Below, piece after piece: positions 34,980-50,634 of a DNA stretch of 64,000 bases. The notes below the pieces were generated by a model. That model worked only from the letters and a program-made list of their open reading frames with translations. It was not told the origin of the DNA and ran no database searches. The DNA comes from Eledone cirrhosa (lineage: Eukaryota). The translations under genes and the position numbers were made by a program. Position 1 is the first letter of the stretch; every line of letters begins with the position of its first letter. The stretch lies in contig OZ024740.1 of the NCBI GenBank assembly GCA_964016885.1, forward strand, positions 132,680,001 through 132,744,000. The letters are read 5' to 3'.

Positions 34980-37900
34980 AAATTTCGTTTCATTTTTTCC
35001 ATTTATCGTTTTGGCTGCGCCTGGCCGATTAACTCACTCGATATGCAAATTCAGCTGCTCAGCCGTTAATATGCATAAGGAAAGTATATACTTTCAGACG
35101 TTCAATCATCTGGTAGGAAGGTATACGGTGCTGACGATAGCTAATAAGCTTGAAACTAGTACATCGTTCCTTTGTCAGTGTTGAACAAAAGGGCAACGAT
35201 AGTTGCTAAACACTGTACGGCTTAATTCGGGATGTTTGTTTACAAACAAACCGTTTACATACAAACGTCTGTATACATATATGTATGTACGTATACATAA
35301 TTATATTTAAGAACAGCCGTACTAATAGTGAGAAATAAAATTTCGTTTCATTTTTCCATTTATCGTTTTCGTTGCGCCCGGCCGATTAACTGACTCGATA
35401 TGCAAATTGGGCGGCTCACCCGTTAATATGCACATAGAAAGTATATACTTTCAGACGTTCAATCATCTGGCAGGGTGGTATACGGTGCTGACGATAGCTA
35501 ATAAGCTTGAAACTAGTACATCGTTGCTTTGTCAGTGTTGAACAAAAGGGCAACGATGGTTGCTAAACATTGTACGGCTTAATTCAGGATGTTTGTTTAC
35601 AAACAAACCGAGCATTAAAATAAATGTTCGGTAAATCCATACGTAGATAAATATATATGTGCAAGTATGTATATATATTCATATTAGTGTACGTTTCTAT
35701 ACATATATGTATGTACGTATACATACTTATATTTAAGTAACAGCCGTACTAAGAGTGAGAAATGAAATTTCGTTTCATTTTTTCCATTTATTGTTTTCGG
35801 TGCGCCCGGCCAGTTAACTAACTCTCTATTCAAACTGGGCTGCTCAATCGTTAATATGCATAAGAAAAGTATATACTTACAGACGTTCAATCATCTGGTA
35901 GGACGTAATACGGTGCTGACGATAGCTAATAAGCTTGAAACTAGTACATCCTTCCTTTGTCAGTGTTGAACAAAAGGGCAACGATGGTTGCTAAACACTG
36001 TACGGCTTAATTCGGGATGTTTGTTTACAAACAAACCGAGCACTATAATAGATGTCCGGTAAATCCATAAGTACATTTATATATATGTGTGCATGTATGT
36101 GTATATATACATACTACTGTACGTCTGTATACATATATGTATGTACGTATACATACTTATATTTAAGTAACAGCCGTACTAAGAGTTAGAAATGAAATTT
36201 CGTTTCATTTTTTCCATTTATTGTTTTCGGTGCGCCCGGCCAATTAACTCACTCGATATGCAAATTGGATGCTCAGCCGTTAATATGCATAATGAAAGTA
36301 TAAACTTTCAGACGTTTAATCATCTGGCAGGAAGGTATAATGTGCTAACGATAGCTAATAAGCTTGAAACTTGTACATCGTTCATTTGTCAGTGTTGATC
36401 AAAAGGGCAACGATGATTGCTAAACACTGTACGGCTTAATTCGGGATGCTTGTTTACAAACAAACTGTGCTTTATAATAAAAGTTCAGTAAATCCATAAG
36501 TACATATATATATATGTGTGCATGTATGTGTATATATACATACTACTGTACGTCTGTATACGTATATATATGTACGTAAACTTACCTATATTTAAGTAAT
36601 AGCCGTACTAAGAGTGAGAAAATAATTTCGTTTCATTTTTTCCATTTATCGTTTTCGGTGCGACCGGCCAATTAACTCACTCGATATGCAAATTGGGCTG
36701 CTCAGCCGTTAATATGTATAAGGAAAGTATATCCTTTCAGACGTCCAATCATCTGGCAGGACGGTATACAGTGACGACGATAGCTAATAAGCTTGAAACT
36801 AGTACATCGTTCTTTTGTCAGTGTTGAAAAAAAGGGCAACGATGGTTGCTAAACACTGTACGGCTTAATTCGGGATGTTTGTTTACAAACAAACCGAGCA
36901 CTATAATAGATGTCCGGTAAATCCATAAGTACATTTATATATATGTGTGCATGTATGTGTATATATACATACTACTGTACGTCTGTATACATATATGTAT
37001 GTACGTATACATACTTATATTTAAGTAACAGCCGTACTAAGAGTGAGAAATGAAATTTCGTTTCATTTTTTCCATTTATTGTTTTCGGTGCGCCCGGCCA
37101 ATTAACTCACTCGATATGCAAATTGGATGCTCAGCCGTTAATATGCATAATGAAAGTATAAACTTTCAGACGTTTAATCATCTGGCAGGAAGGTATAATG
37201 TGCTAACGATAGCTAATAAGCTTGAAACTTGTACATCGTTCATTTGTCAGTGTTGAACAAAAGAGCAACGATGGTTGCTAAACACTGTACAGGCTTAATT
37301 CGGGATATTTATTAACAAACATACCGAGCATTATAATAAATATTCGGTAAACCGTACGTACATATATATATGTGTGCATGTATCTATGTATATATACATA
37401 CTACTGTACGTCTGTATACATATATGTATGTACCTATACATACTTATATTTAAGTGACAGCCGTACTAAGAGTGAGAAATGAAATTTCGTTTCATTTTTT
37501 CCTTTTATCGGTTTCGTGCGCCTGGCCGATTAACTCACTCGATATGCAAATTTGGCAGCTCAGCCGTTAATATGCATAAGGAGAGTATATACTTTCAGAC
37601 GTTCAATCATCTGGCAGGAAGGTATACGGTGCTGACGATAGCTAATAATCTTGAAAGTAGTACATTTTCCTTTGTCAGTGTGGAACAAAAGAGCAACGAT
37701 GGTTGCTAAACACTGTACGGCTTAATTCAGTATGTTTGTTTACAAACAAACAGAGCATTATAATAAATGTTCGGTAAATCCATACGTTCATATATATATA
37801 TATATGTGCATGTATGTATATATATTCATATTACTATACGTTTGTATACATATATGTATGTACGTATACATACTTATATTTAAGTAACAGCCGTACCAAG

Positions 37901-40900
37901 TGGAGAAAGGAAATTTCGTTTCATTTTTCCATTTATCGTTTTCGGTGCGGCTGGCCAATTAACTCACTCGATATGCAAATGTGGCTCCTCAGCCGTTAAT
38001 ATGCATAAGGAAAGTATATACTTTCAGACGTTCACTCATCTGGCAGGAAGGTACACGGTGCTGACGATAGCTAATAATCTAGAAACTAGTACATCGTTCC
38101 TTTGTCAGGGTTGAACAAAAGGTCAACGATAGTTGCAAAACACTGTGCGGCTTAATTGCCGATGTTTGTTTACAAACAAACCGAGCATTATAATAAATGA
38201 TCGGTCAATCCATAAGTGCATATATATATATGTGTGCTTGTATGTTTATATATACATATTACTTTACATCTGTATACATATATGTATGTACGTATACATA
38301 CTTATATTTAAGTGACAGCTGTACTAAGGGTGAGAAATGAAATTTCATTTCACTTTTTCTATTTATCGGTCTCGGTGCGCCCGGCCGATTAAATCACTCG
38401 ATATGCAAATTGTGCAGCTCAGCCATTAATATGCATAAGCAAAGTATATACTTTCAGACGTTCAATCATCTGGCAGGAAGGTATACTGTGCTAACGATAG
38501 CTAATAAGCTTGAAACCAGTACATCGTTCCTTTCTTAGTGTTGAACAAAAGGGCAACGATGGTTACAAAACAATGTACGGATTAATTCGGGATGTTTGTT
38601 TACAAACAACACAAGTATTATAATAAATATTCGGTAAATCCGTACGTACGTATATATATGTGTGTATGTTTCTATATATATACATACTACTGTACGTCTG
38701 TATACATATATGTATGTACGTATACATACTTATATTTAAGTGACAGCAGTACTAAGAGTGAGAAATGAAATTTCGTTTCATTTTTTCCACTCATCGTCTT
38801 CGGTGCGTCTGGCCGATTAACTCACACGATATTCAAAGTGGGCTGCTCAGCCGTTAATATTCATAAGGAAAGTATTTACTTTCAGACGTTCAATCATCTG
38901 GCAGGAAGATATATCTTCCTGGCGATAGCTAATAAGCTTGAAAGTATTACATCGTTCCTTTGTCAGTGTTGAACAAAAGAGCAACGATTGTTATTAAACA
39001 GTGTATGGCTTAATTCCGGATTTTTGTTTATAAACAAAACGAGCATTATAATAAATGTTCGGTAAATCCGTACATACATATATGTATATATGTGTGCATG
39101 TATCTATATATATACATACTACTGTACGTCTTTATACATATATGTATGTACGTATACATACTTATATTTAAGTAATAGCCGAACTAAGAGGGAGAAATGC
39201 AATTTCGTATCCTTTTTTCCTATTTATCGTTTTCGGTGCGCCAGGCCAATTAACTCACTCAATATGCAAATTGGGCTGCTCAGCCGTTAATATGCATAAG
39301 GAAAGTATATACTTTCAGACGTTCAATCATCTGGCAGGAAGAAATACGTTCCTGATGATAGCTAATAAGCCTGAAACTAATACATCCTTCCTTTGTCAGT
39401 GTTGAAAAAAATGCAACGATAGTTGCTAAACACTGTACGGCTTAATTCGGGATGTTTGTTTGCAAACAAACCGAGCATTATAATAAATGTTCGGTAAATC
39501 TATAAGTACATATATATATATATGTGCATGTATGTGTATATATACATACTACTGTACGTTTTTATACATATATGTATGTACGTATACATACTTATATTTA
39601 AGTAACAGCCGTACTAAGAGTGAGAAATGAAATTTCGTTTCATTTTTTCCATTTATCGATTTCGGTGCGCCCGGCCAATTAACTCACTCTCTATTCAAAC
39701 TGGGCTGCTCAGTCGTTAATATGCATAAGCAAAGTATATACTTTCAGACGTTCAAACATCTGGCAGGACGGTATGCGGTGCTGACGATAGCTAATAAGCT
39801 TAAAACTAGTAGATCGTTCCTTTGTCAGTGTTGAACAAAAGGGCAACGATAGTTGCTAAACACTGTACGGCTTAATTCGGGATGTTTGTTTACAAACAAA
39901 CCGAGCATTATAATAAATTTTCGGTAAATCCATAAGTACATATATATATGTGTGCATGTATCTATATATATATACATACAACTGTACGTATGTATACATA
40001 CTTATTTTTAAGTAACAGCCTTACTATGAATGAGAAATGAAATTTCGTTTCATTTCTTCCATTTATTGTTTTCGGTGCGCCCGGCCAATTAACTCACTCG
40101 ATATGCAAATTGGATGCTCAGCCGTTAATATGCATAATGAAAGTATAAACTTTCAGACGTTTAATCATCTGGCAGGAATGTATAATGTGCTAACGATAGC
40201 TAATAAGCTTGAAACTTGTACATCGTTCATTTGTCAGTGTTGAACAAAAGAGCAACGATGGTTGCTAAACACTGTACAGGCTTAATGCGGGATATTTGTT
40301 AACAAACATACCGAGCATTATAATAAATATTCGGTAAACCGTACGTACATATATATATGTGTGCATGTATCTATGTATATATACATACTAATGTACGTCT
40401 GTATACATATATGTATGTACCTATACATACTTATATTTAAGTGACAGCCGTACTAAGAGTGAGAAATGAAATTTCGTTTTATTTTTTCCATTTATCCTTT
40501 TCGGTGGGACCGGCCAATTAACTCATTCGATATGCAAATTGGGCTGCTCAGCCGTTAATATGCATCAATAAATTATATACTTGCATACGTTCAATCATCT
40601 GGCAGGAAGGTATATTGTGCTAACGATAGCCAATAAGCTTGAAACTAGTACATTGTTCCTTTGTCAGTGTTGATCAAAAGGGCAACGATGTTTGATAAAC
40701 ACTGTACGGCTTCATTCGGGATGTTTGTTTACAAACAAACCGAGCATTATAATAAACGTTCGGTAAATCCGTACGTAAATATATATATATGTGTGCATGT
40801 ATCTATATATATACATACTATTGTACGTCTGTATACATATATGTATGTACGTATACATACTTATAATTAATTAACAGCCGTACTATGAGTGAGAAATGAA

Positions 40901-43900
40901 ATTTCGTATCAATTTTTCCATTTATCGTTTTCGGTGCACCCACCCAATTAACTCACTCAATTTGCAAATTGGGCTGCTCAGCCGTTAATATGCATAACGA
41001 AAGTATATACTTTCAGACGTTCAATCATCTGGCAGGAAGATATACGTTCCTAACGAAAGAAAATACGCTTGAAACTAGTACATCGTTCTTTGTCAGTGTT
41101 AAACAAAGGGGCAACGATAGTTGCTGAACACTGTACGGCTTTATTCGGGATGTTTGTTTACAAAAAAAACGAGTAATAAAATAAATGTTCTGTAAATCAG
41201 TACGTACATATATATATATATATATGTGTGCATGTATCTATAAATATACATATTACTGTACGTCTGTATACATATATGTATGTACGTATACATACTTATA
41301 TTTAAGTAACAGCCGTACTAAGAGTGAGAAATGAAATTTCGTTTCATTTTTTCCATTTATCGTTTTCGGTGCGCCCGGCCAATTAACTCACTTTATTTGC
41401 AAACTGGGCTGCTCAGCCGTTAATATTCATAAGAAAAGTATATACTTTCAGACGTTCAATCATCCGGCAGGAAATTATACTGTGGTAACGATAGATAATA
41501 AGCTTGAAACCAGTACATCGTTCCTTTCTCAGTGTTGAACAGAATGGCAACGATGGTGCTAAACACTGTACGGCTTAATTCGTGATGTTTGTTTACAAAC
41601 AAACCGAGTATTGTAATAAATGTTCGGTAAATACGTACGTACATATATATATGTGTGCATGTATCTATATATATACATACTACTGTACGTCTGTATACAT
41701 ATATGTATGTACGTATACATACTTATATTTAAGTAACAGCCGTACTAAGAGTGAGAAATGAAATTTCGTTTCATTTTTTCCATTTATTGTCTTCGGTGCG
41801 CCTGGTCGATTGACTCACTCGATATCCAAATTGGGCTACTCAGCCGTTAATATGCATAAGGTTAGTATATACTTTCAGACGTTCAATCATCTCGCAGGAA
41901 GATATACGTTCCTGACGATAGCTAATAAGCTTGAAACTAGTACATCGTTCCTTTGTCAGTGTTGATCAAAAGGGCAACGATGATTGCTAAACACTGTACG
42001 GCTTAATTCGGGATGCTTGTTTACAAACAAACTGAGCTTTATAATAAAAGTTCAGTAAATCCATAAGTACATATATATATATGTGTGCATGTATGTGTAT
42101 ATATACATACTAATGTGCGTCTGTATACGTATATATATGTACGTAAACTTACCTATATTTAAGTAATAGCCGTACTAAGAGTGAGAAAATAATTTCGTTT
42201 CATTTTTTCCATTTATCGTTTTCGGTGCGACCGGCCAATTAACTCACTCGATATGCAAATTGGGCTGCTCAGCCGTTAATATGTATAAGGAAAGTATATC
42301 CTTTCAGACGTCCAATCATCTGGCAGGACGGTATACAGTGACGACGATAGCTAATAAGCTTGAAACTAGTACATCGTTCTTTTGTCAGTGTTGAAAAAAA
42401 GGGCAACGATGGTTGCTAAACACTGTACGGCTTAATTCGGGATGTTTGTTTACAAACAAACCGAGCACTATAATAGATGTCCGGTAAATCCATAAGTACA
42501 TTTATATATATGTGTACATGTATGTGTATATATACATACTACTGTACGTCTGTATACATATATGTATGTACGTATACATACTTATATTTAAGTAACAGCC
42601 GTACTAAGAGTGAGAAATGAAATTTCGTTTCATTTTTTCCATTTATTGTTTTCGGTGCGCCCGGCCAATTAACTCAGTCGATATGCAAATTGGATGCTCA
42701 GCCGTTAATATGCATAATGAAAGTATAAACTTTCAGACGTTTAATCATCTGGCAGGAAGGTATAATGTGCTAACGATAGCTAATAAGCTTGAAACTTGTA
42801 CATCGTTCATTTGTCAGTGTTGAACAAAAGAGCAACGATGGTTGCTAAACACTGTACAGGCTTAATTCGGGATATTTATTAACAAACATACCGAGCATTA
42901 TAATAAATATTCGGTAAACCGTACGTACATATATATATGTGTGCATGTATCTATGTATATATACATACTACTGTACGTCTGTATACATATATGTATGTAC
43001 CTATACATACTTATATTTAAGTGACAGCCGTACTAAGAGTGAGAAATGAAATTTCGTTTCATTTTTTCCTTTTATCGGTTTCGTGCGCCTGGCCGATTAA
43101 CTCACTCGATATGCAAATTTGGCAGCTCAGCCGTTAATATGCATAAGGATAGTATATACTTTCAGACGTTCAATCATCTGGCAGGAAGGTATACGGTGCT
43201 GACGATAGCTAATAATCTTGAAAGTAGTACATTTTCCTTTGTCAGTGTGGAACAAAAGAGCAACGATGGATGCTAAACACTGTACGGCTTAATTCAGTAT
43301 GTTTGTTTACAAACAAACAGAGCATTATAATAAATGTTCGGTAAATCCATACGTTCATATATATATATATATATGTGCATGTATGTATATATATTCATAT
43401 TACTATACGTTTGTATACATATATGTATGTACGTATACATACTTATATTTAATTAACAGCCGTACCAAGAGGAGAAAGGAATTTTCGTTTCATTTTTCCA
43501 TTTATCGTTTTCGGTGCGGCTGGCCGATTAACTCACTCGATATGCAAATGTGGCTCCTCAGCCGTTAATATGCATAAGGAAAGTGTATACTTTCAGACGT
43601 TCACTCATCTGGCAGGAAGGTACACGGTGCTGACGATAGCTAATAATCTAGAAACTAGTACATCGTTCCTTTGTCAGGGTTGAACAAAAGGTCAACGATA
43701 GTTGCAAAACACTGTGCGGCTTAATTGCCGATGTTTGTTTACAAACAAACCGAGCATTATAATAAATGATCGGTCAATCCATAAGTGCATATATATATAT
43801 GTGTGCTTGTATGTTTATATATACATATTACTTTACATCTGTATACATATATGTATGTACGTATACATACTTATATTTAAGTGACAGCTGTACTAAGGTT

Positions 43901-46900
43901 GAGAAATGAAATTTCATTTCACTTTTTCTATTTATCGGTCTCGGTGCGCCCGGCCGATTAAATCACTCGATATGCAAATTGTGCAGCTCAGCCATTAATA
44001 TGCATAAGCAAAGTATATACTTTCAGACGTTCAATCATCTGGCAGGAAGGTATACTGTGCTAACGATAGCTAATAAGCTTGAAACCAGTACATCGTTCCT
44101 TTCTCAGTGTTGAACAAAAGGGCAACGATGGTTACAAAACAATGTACGGATTAATTCGGGATGTTTGTTTACAAACAACACAAGTATTATAATAAATATT
44201 CGGTAAATCCGTACGTACGTATATATATGTGTGTATGTTTCTATATATATACATACTACTGTACGTCTGTATACATATATGTATGTACGTATACATACTT
44301 ATATTTAAGTGACAGCAGTACTAAGAGTGAGAAATGAAATTTCGTTTCATTTTTTCCACTCATCGTCTTCGGTGCGTCTGGCCGATTAACTCACACGATA
44401 TTCAAAGTGGGCTGCTCAGCCGTTAATATTCATAAGGAAAGTATTTACTTTCAGACGTTCAATCATCTGGCAGGAAGATATATCTTCCTGGCGATAGCTA
44501 ATAAGCTTGAAAGTATTACATCGTTCCTTTGTCAGTGTTGAACAAAAGAGCAACGATTGTTATTAAACAGTGTATGGCTTAATTCCGGATTTTTGTTTAT
44601 AAACAAAACGAGCATTATAATAAATGTTCGGTAAATCCGTACATACATATATGTATATATGTGTGCATGTATCTATATATATACATACTACTGTACGTCT
44701 TTATACATATATGTATGTACGTATACATACTTATATTTAAGTAACAGCCGTACTAAGAGTGAGAAATGAAATTTCGTTTCATTTTTTCCATTTATTGTTT
44801 TCGGTGCGCCCGGCCAATTAACTCACTCGATATGCAAATTGGATGCTCAGCCGTTAATATGCATAATGAAAGTATAAACTTTCAGACGTTTAATCATCTG
44901 GCAGGAAGGTATAATGTGCTAACGATAGCTAATAAGCTTGAAACTTGTACATCGTTCATTTGTCAGTGTTGAACAAAAGAGCAACGATGGTTGCTAAACA
45001 CTGTACAGGCTTAATTCGGGATATTTATTAACAAACATACCGAGCATTATAATAAATATTCGGTAAACCGTACGTACATATATATATGTGTGCATGTATC
45101 TATGTATATATACATACTACTGTACGTCTGTATACATATATGTATGTACCTATACATACTTATATTTAAGTGACAGCCGTACTAAGAGTGAGAAATGAAA
45201 TTTCGTTTCATTTTTTCCTTTTATCGGTTTCGTGCGCCTGGCCGATTAACTCACTCGATATGCAAATTTGGCAGCTCAGCCGTTAATATGCATAAGGAGA
45301 GTATATACTTTCAGACGTTCAATCATCTGGCAGGAAGGTATACGGTGCTGACGATAGCTAATAATCTTGAAAGTAGTACATTTTCCTTTGTCAGTGTGGA
45401 ACAAAAGAGCAACGATGGATGCTAAACACTGTACGGCTTAATTCAGTATGTTTGTTTACAAACAAAGAGAGCATTATAATAAATGTTCGGTAAATCCATA
45501 CGTTCATATATATATATATATGTGCATGTATGTATATATATTCATATTACTATACGTTTGTATACATATATGTATGTACGTATACATACTTATATTTAAT
45601 TAACAGCCGTACCAAGAGGAGAAATGAAATTTCGTTTCATTTTTCCATTTATCGTTTTCGGTGCGGCTGGCCGATTAACTCACTCGATATGCAAATGTGG
45701 CTCCTCAGCCGTTAATATGCATAAGGAAAGTGTATACTTTCAGACGTTCACTCATCTGGCAGGAAGGTACACGGTGCTGACGATAGCTAATAATCTAGAA
45801 ACTAGTACATCGTTCCTTTGTCAGGGTTGAACAAAAGGTCAACGATAGTTGCAAAACACTGTGCGGCTTAATTGCCGATGTTTGTTTACAAACAAACCGA
45901 GCATTATAATAAATGATCGGTCAATCCATAAGTGCATATATATATATGTGTGCTTGTATGTTTATATATACATATTACTTTACATCTGTATACATATATG
46001 TATGTACGTATACATACTTATATTTAAGTGACAGCTGTACTAAGGTTGAGAAATGAAATTTCATTTCACTTTTTCTATTTATCGGTCTCGGTGCGCCCGG
46101 CCGATTAAATCACTCGATATGCAAATTGTGCAGCTCAGCCATTAATATGCATAAGCAAAGTATATACTTTCAGACGTTCAATCATCTGGCAGGAAGGTAT
46201 ACTGTGCTAACGATAGCTAATAAGCTTGAAACCAGTACATCGTTCCTTTCTCAGTGTTGAACAAAAGGGCAACGATGGTTACAAAACAATGTACGGATTA
46301 ATTCGGGATGTTTGTTTACAAACAACACAAGTATTATAATAAATATTCGGTAAATCCGTACGTACGTATATATATGTGTGTATGTTTCTATATATATACA
46401 TACTACTGTACGTCTGTATACATATATGTATGTACGTATACATACTTATATTTAAGTGACAGCAGTACTAAGAGTGAGAAATGAAATTTCGTTTCATTTT
46501 TTCCACTCATCGTCTTCGGTGCGTCTGGCCGATTAACTCACACGATATTCAAAGTGGGCTGCTCAGCCGTTAATATTCATAAGGAAAGTATTTACTTTCA
46601 GACGTTCAATCATCTGGCAGGAAGATATATCTTCCTGGCGATAGCTAATAAGCTTGAAAGTATTACATCGTTCCTTTGTCAGTGTTGAACAAAAGAGCAA
46701 CGATTGTTATTAAACAGTGTATGGCTTAATTCCGGATTTTTGTTTATAAACAAAACGAGCATTATAATAAATGTTCGGTAAATCCGTACATACATATATG
46801 TATATATGTGTGCATGTATCTATATATATACATACTACTGTACGTCTTTATACATATATGTATGTACGTATACATACTTATATTTAAGTAATAGCCGAAC

Positions 46901-49900
46901 TAAGAGGGAGAAATGAAATTTCGTATCCTTTTTTCCTATTTATCGTTTTCGGTGCGCCCAGCCAATTAACTCACTCAATATGCAAATTGGGCTGCTCAGC
47001 CGTTAATATGCATAACGAAAGTATATACTTTCAGACGTTCAATCATCTGGCAGGAAGATATACGTTCCTGACGAAAGAAAATACGCTTGAAACTAGTACA
47101 TCGTTCTTTGTCAGTGTTAAACAAAGGGGCAACGATAGTTGCTGAACACTGTACGGCTTCATTCGGGATGTTTGTTTACAAAAAAAACGAGTAATAAAAT
47201 AAATGTTCTGTAAATCAGTACGTACATATATATATATATATGTGTGCATGTATCTATAAATATACATATTACTGTACGTCTGTATACATATATGTATGTA
47301 CGTATACATACTTATATTTAAGTAACAGCCGTACTAAGAGTGAGAAATGAAATTTCGTTTCATTTTTTCCATTTATCGTTTTCGGTGCGCCCGGCCAATT
47401 AACTCACTTTATTTGCAAACTGGGCTGCTCAGCCGTTAATATTCATAAGAAAAGTATATACTTTCAGACGTTCAATCATCCGGCAGGAAAGTATACTGTG
47501 GTAACGATAGATAATAAGCTTGAAACCAGTACATCGTTCCTTTCTCAGTGTTGAACAGAATGGCAACGATGGTGCTAAACACTGTACGGCTTAATTCGTG
47601 ATGTTTGTTTACAAACAAACCGAGTATTGTAATAAATGTTCGGTAAATGCGTACGTACATATATATATGTGTGCATGTATCTATATATATACATACTACT
47701 GTACGTCTGTATACATATATGTATGTACGTATACATACTTATATTTAAGTAACAGCCGTACTAAGAGTGAGAAATGAAATTTCGTTTCATTTTTTCCATT
47801 TATTGTCTTCGGTGCGCCTGGTCGATTGACTCACTCGATATCCAAATTGGGCTACTCAGCCGTTAATATGCATAAGGTTAGTATATACTTTCAGACGTTC
47901 AATCATCTCGCAGGAAGATATACGTTGCTGACGATAGCTAATAAGCTTGAAACTAGTACATCGTTCCTTTGTCAGTGTTGATCAAAAGGGCAACGATGAT
48001 TGCTAAACACTGTACGGCTTAATTCGGGATGCTTGTTTACAAACAAACTGAGCTTTATAATAAAAGTTCAGTAAATCCATAAGTACATATATATATATAT
48101 GTGTGCATGTATGTGTATATATACATACTACTGTAGTCTGTATACGTATATATATGTACGTAAACTTACCTATATTTAAGTAATAGCCGTACTAAGAGTG
48201 AGAAAATAATTTCGTTTCATTTTTTCCATTTATCGTTTTCGGTGCGACGGGCCAATTAACTCACTCGATATGCAAATTGGGCTGCTCAGCCGTTAATATG
48301 TATAAGTAAAGTATATCCTTTCAGACGTCCAATCATCTGGCAGGACGGTATACAGTGACGACGATAGCTAATAAGCTTGAAACTAGTACATCGTTCTTTT
48401 GTCAGTGTTGAAAAAAAGGGCAACGATGGTTGCAAAACACTGTACGGCCTAAATCGGGATGTTTGTTTACAAACAAACCGATCATTATAATACAAGTTCG
48501 GTAAATCCATAAGTACATATATATATGTTTGCATGTATGTGTATATATACATACTACTTTACGTCTGTATACATATATGTATGTACGTATACATACCTAT
48601 ATTTAAGTAATAGCCGTACTAAGAGTGAGAAATGAAATTTCGTTTCAATTTTTCCATTTATCGTTTTCGGTGCGCTCGACCAATTAACTCACTTGATATC
48701 CACATTGGGCTGCTCAGCCGTTAATATACATAAGAAAGTATATATTTCAGACGTTCAATCATCTGGCAGGTAGGTATACGGTACTGACAATAGCTAAAAA
48801 GCTTGCATCTAGTACATCGTTCCTTTGTCAATTTTGAACAAATGTCAACGATGCTTGCTAATCACTGTACAGCTGAAATCGGATTTAAATTTGTTTACAA
48901 ACAAACGGAGCATTATAATAAATATTCGGTAAATTCATACGTACATATATATATGTGTGCGGGTATGTATATATATATACATACTACTGCACCTCTGTAT
49001 ACATATATGTATGTACGTACACATACTTATATTTAAATAACAGCCGTACTAAGAGTGAGAAATGAAATTTAGTTTCATTTTTTCCTTTTATCGGTTTCGT
49101 GCGCCTGGCCGATTACCTCACTCGATATGCAATTTGAGCTGCTCAGCCGTTAATATGCACGAGCAAAGTATATACTTTCAGACGTTGAAATATCTGGAAG
49201 GAAGGTATACGGTGCTGACGATAGCTAATAAGCTTGAAACTAGTACATCGTTCCTTTGTCAGTGTTGAACAAAAGGGCAACGATGGTTGCTAAACACCGT
49301 ACGGCTTAATTCGGGATGTTTGTTTACAAACAAACCGAGCATTATAATAAATGTTCTGTAAATCCATACTTACATATATATATGTGTTCATGTATGTATA
49401 TATATACATACTACTGTATGTCTGTATACATATATGTATGTACGTATACATACTTATATTTAAGTAACAGCAGTACTAAGAGTGCGAAATGAAATTTCGT
49501 TTCATTTTTTCCATTTTCGTTTTCGGAGCGCCCGGCCGATTAACTCACTCGATATGTAAATTGAGCTGCTCAGCCGTTAATATGCATAAGGAAAGTATAT
49601 ATTTTCAGACGTTCAATTATTTAGAAGGAAGTTCTACGGTGCTGACGATAGCTAATAAGTTTGAAAGTATTACATCGTTCCTCTGTCAGTGTTGAACAAA
49701 AGGGCAACGATGGTTGCTAAACACTCTACGGCTTAATCCGGGAATTTTGTTTACAAACAAACCGAGCATTATAATAAATGTTCTGTAAATCCATACTTAC
49801 ATATATATATGTGTGCAAGTATGTATATATATACATACTACTGTACGTCTGTATACATATACGTATGTACTTATACATACTTATATTTAAGTAACAGCCG

Positions 49901-50275
49901 TACTATGAGTGAGAAATGAAATTTCGTTTCATTTTTTCCATTTATCGTTTTCGGTGCTCCCGGCCGATTAACTCACTCGATATGCAAATTTAGCTGCTCA
50001 GCCGTTAATATGCATTAGGAAAGTATATACTTTCAGACGTTCAATTATCAGGAAGGAAGGTATACGGTGCTGACCATAGCCAATAAGCTCGTTCCTTTGT
50101 CAGTGTTGAATAAAAAGGCAACGATGGTTGCTAAACACTGCACGGTTTAATTCGGGACGTTTGTTTACAAACGAACCGAGCATTATAATAAATATTCGGT
50201 AAACCCGTACGTATATATATGTGTGCATGTACTGAACGTCTGTATACATATATGTATGTACGTATACATACCTAT
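34980..50275 (+). repeat. Tandem satellite of ~429-bp monomers (36 units) bearing hammerhead motifs
   Basis: GAGAAATGAAATTTCGTTTC junction and hammerhead-homologous segment recur every ~429 bp. One more monomer at ~50760-51180. Confidence 0.97.
35125..35167 (+). ncRNA. Type I minimal hammerhead ribozyme (representative satellite copy)
   Basis: ACGGTG-CTGACGA-tAGCT/aata/AGCTt-GAAA-CTA-GTA-CATCGT. Same intact form at 35482-35524, ~35910-35950, 49209-49251 and 50898-50940. Confidence 0.85.
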
Positions 50276-50297
50276 ATATATATGTATATATATATAC

Positions 50298-50634
50298 AAA
50301 ATAATTAAGTCAAATATGTAAAATTTGGTTTCGTTTATTATAAATTATAGATATACTGCTATATATATTTCGGTCACAGCCATCTTTTGCTGTGACCTGT
50401 TCAGGCCTGTCCAAATTGGTGTGGGAAAGACAGGTACATATGTTGTTGAAGTGTGTTTTACTCCCTCAATACATCCATATGTCCAGCTCCTGGTTGTGAT
50501 GTTAGTCCTCCGAGGAGCTGGAATGATTGCAGTTCCTCAGCTAATGATATGACTGTCACCGAAATATATATAGCAGTATATCTTTAATTTATAATAAACG
50601 AAGCCAAATTTTATATATTTGACTTAATTATTTT
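50298..50634. repeat. Fold-back inverted repeat (~90-bp arms) interrupting the end of the satellite
   Basis: AAAATAATTAAGTCAAATAT..TATATATTTCGGTCACAG / CTGTCACCGAAATATATA..ATATTTGACTTAATTATTTT. Confidence 0.9.

Noticed and set aside
34885-49695. Recurrent 60-100 aa ORFs (MKFRFIFS...) in the satellite
   Set aside because: By-products of the repeat: frames and stops vary between units and there are no recognisable domains.
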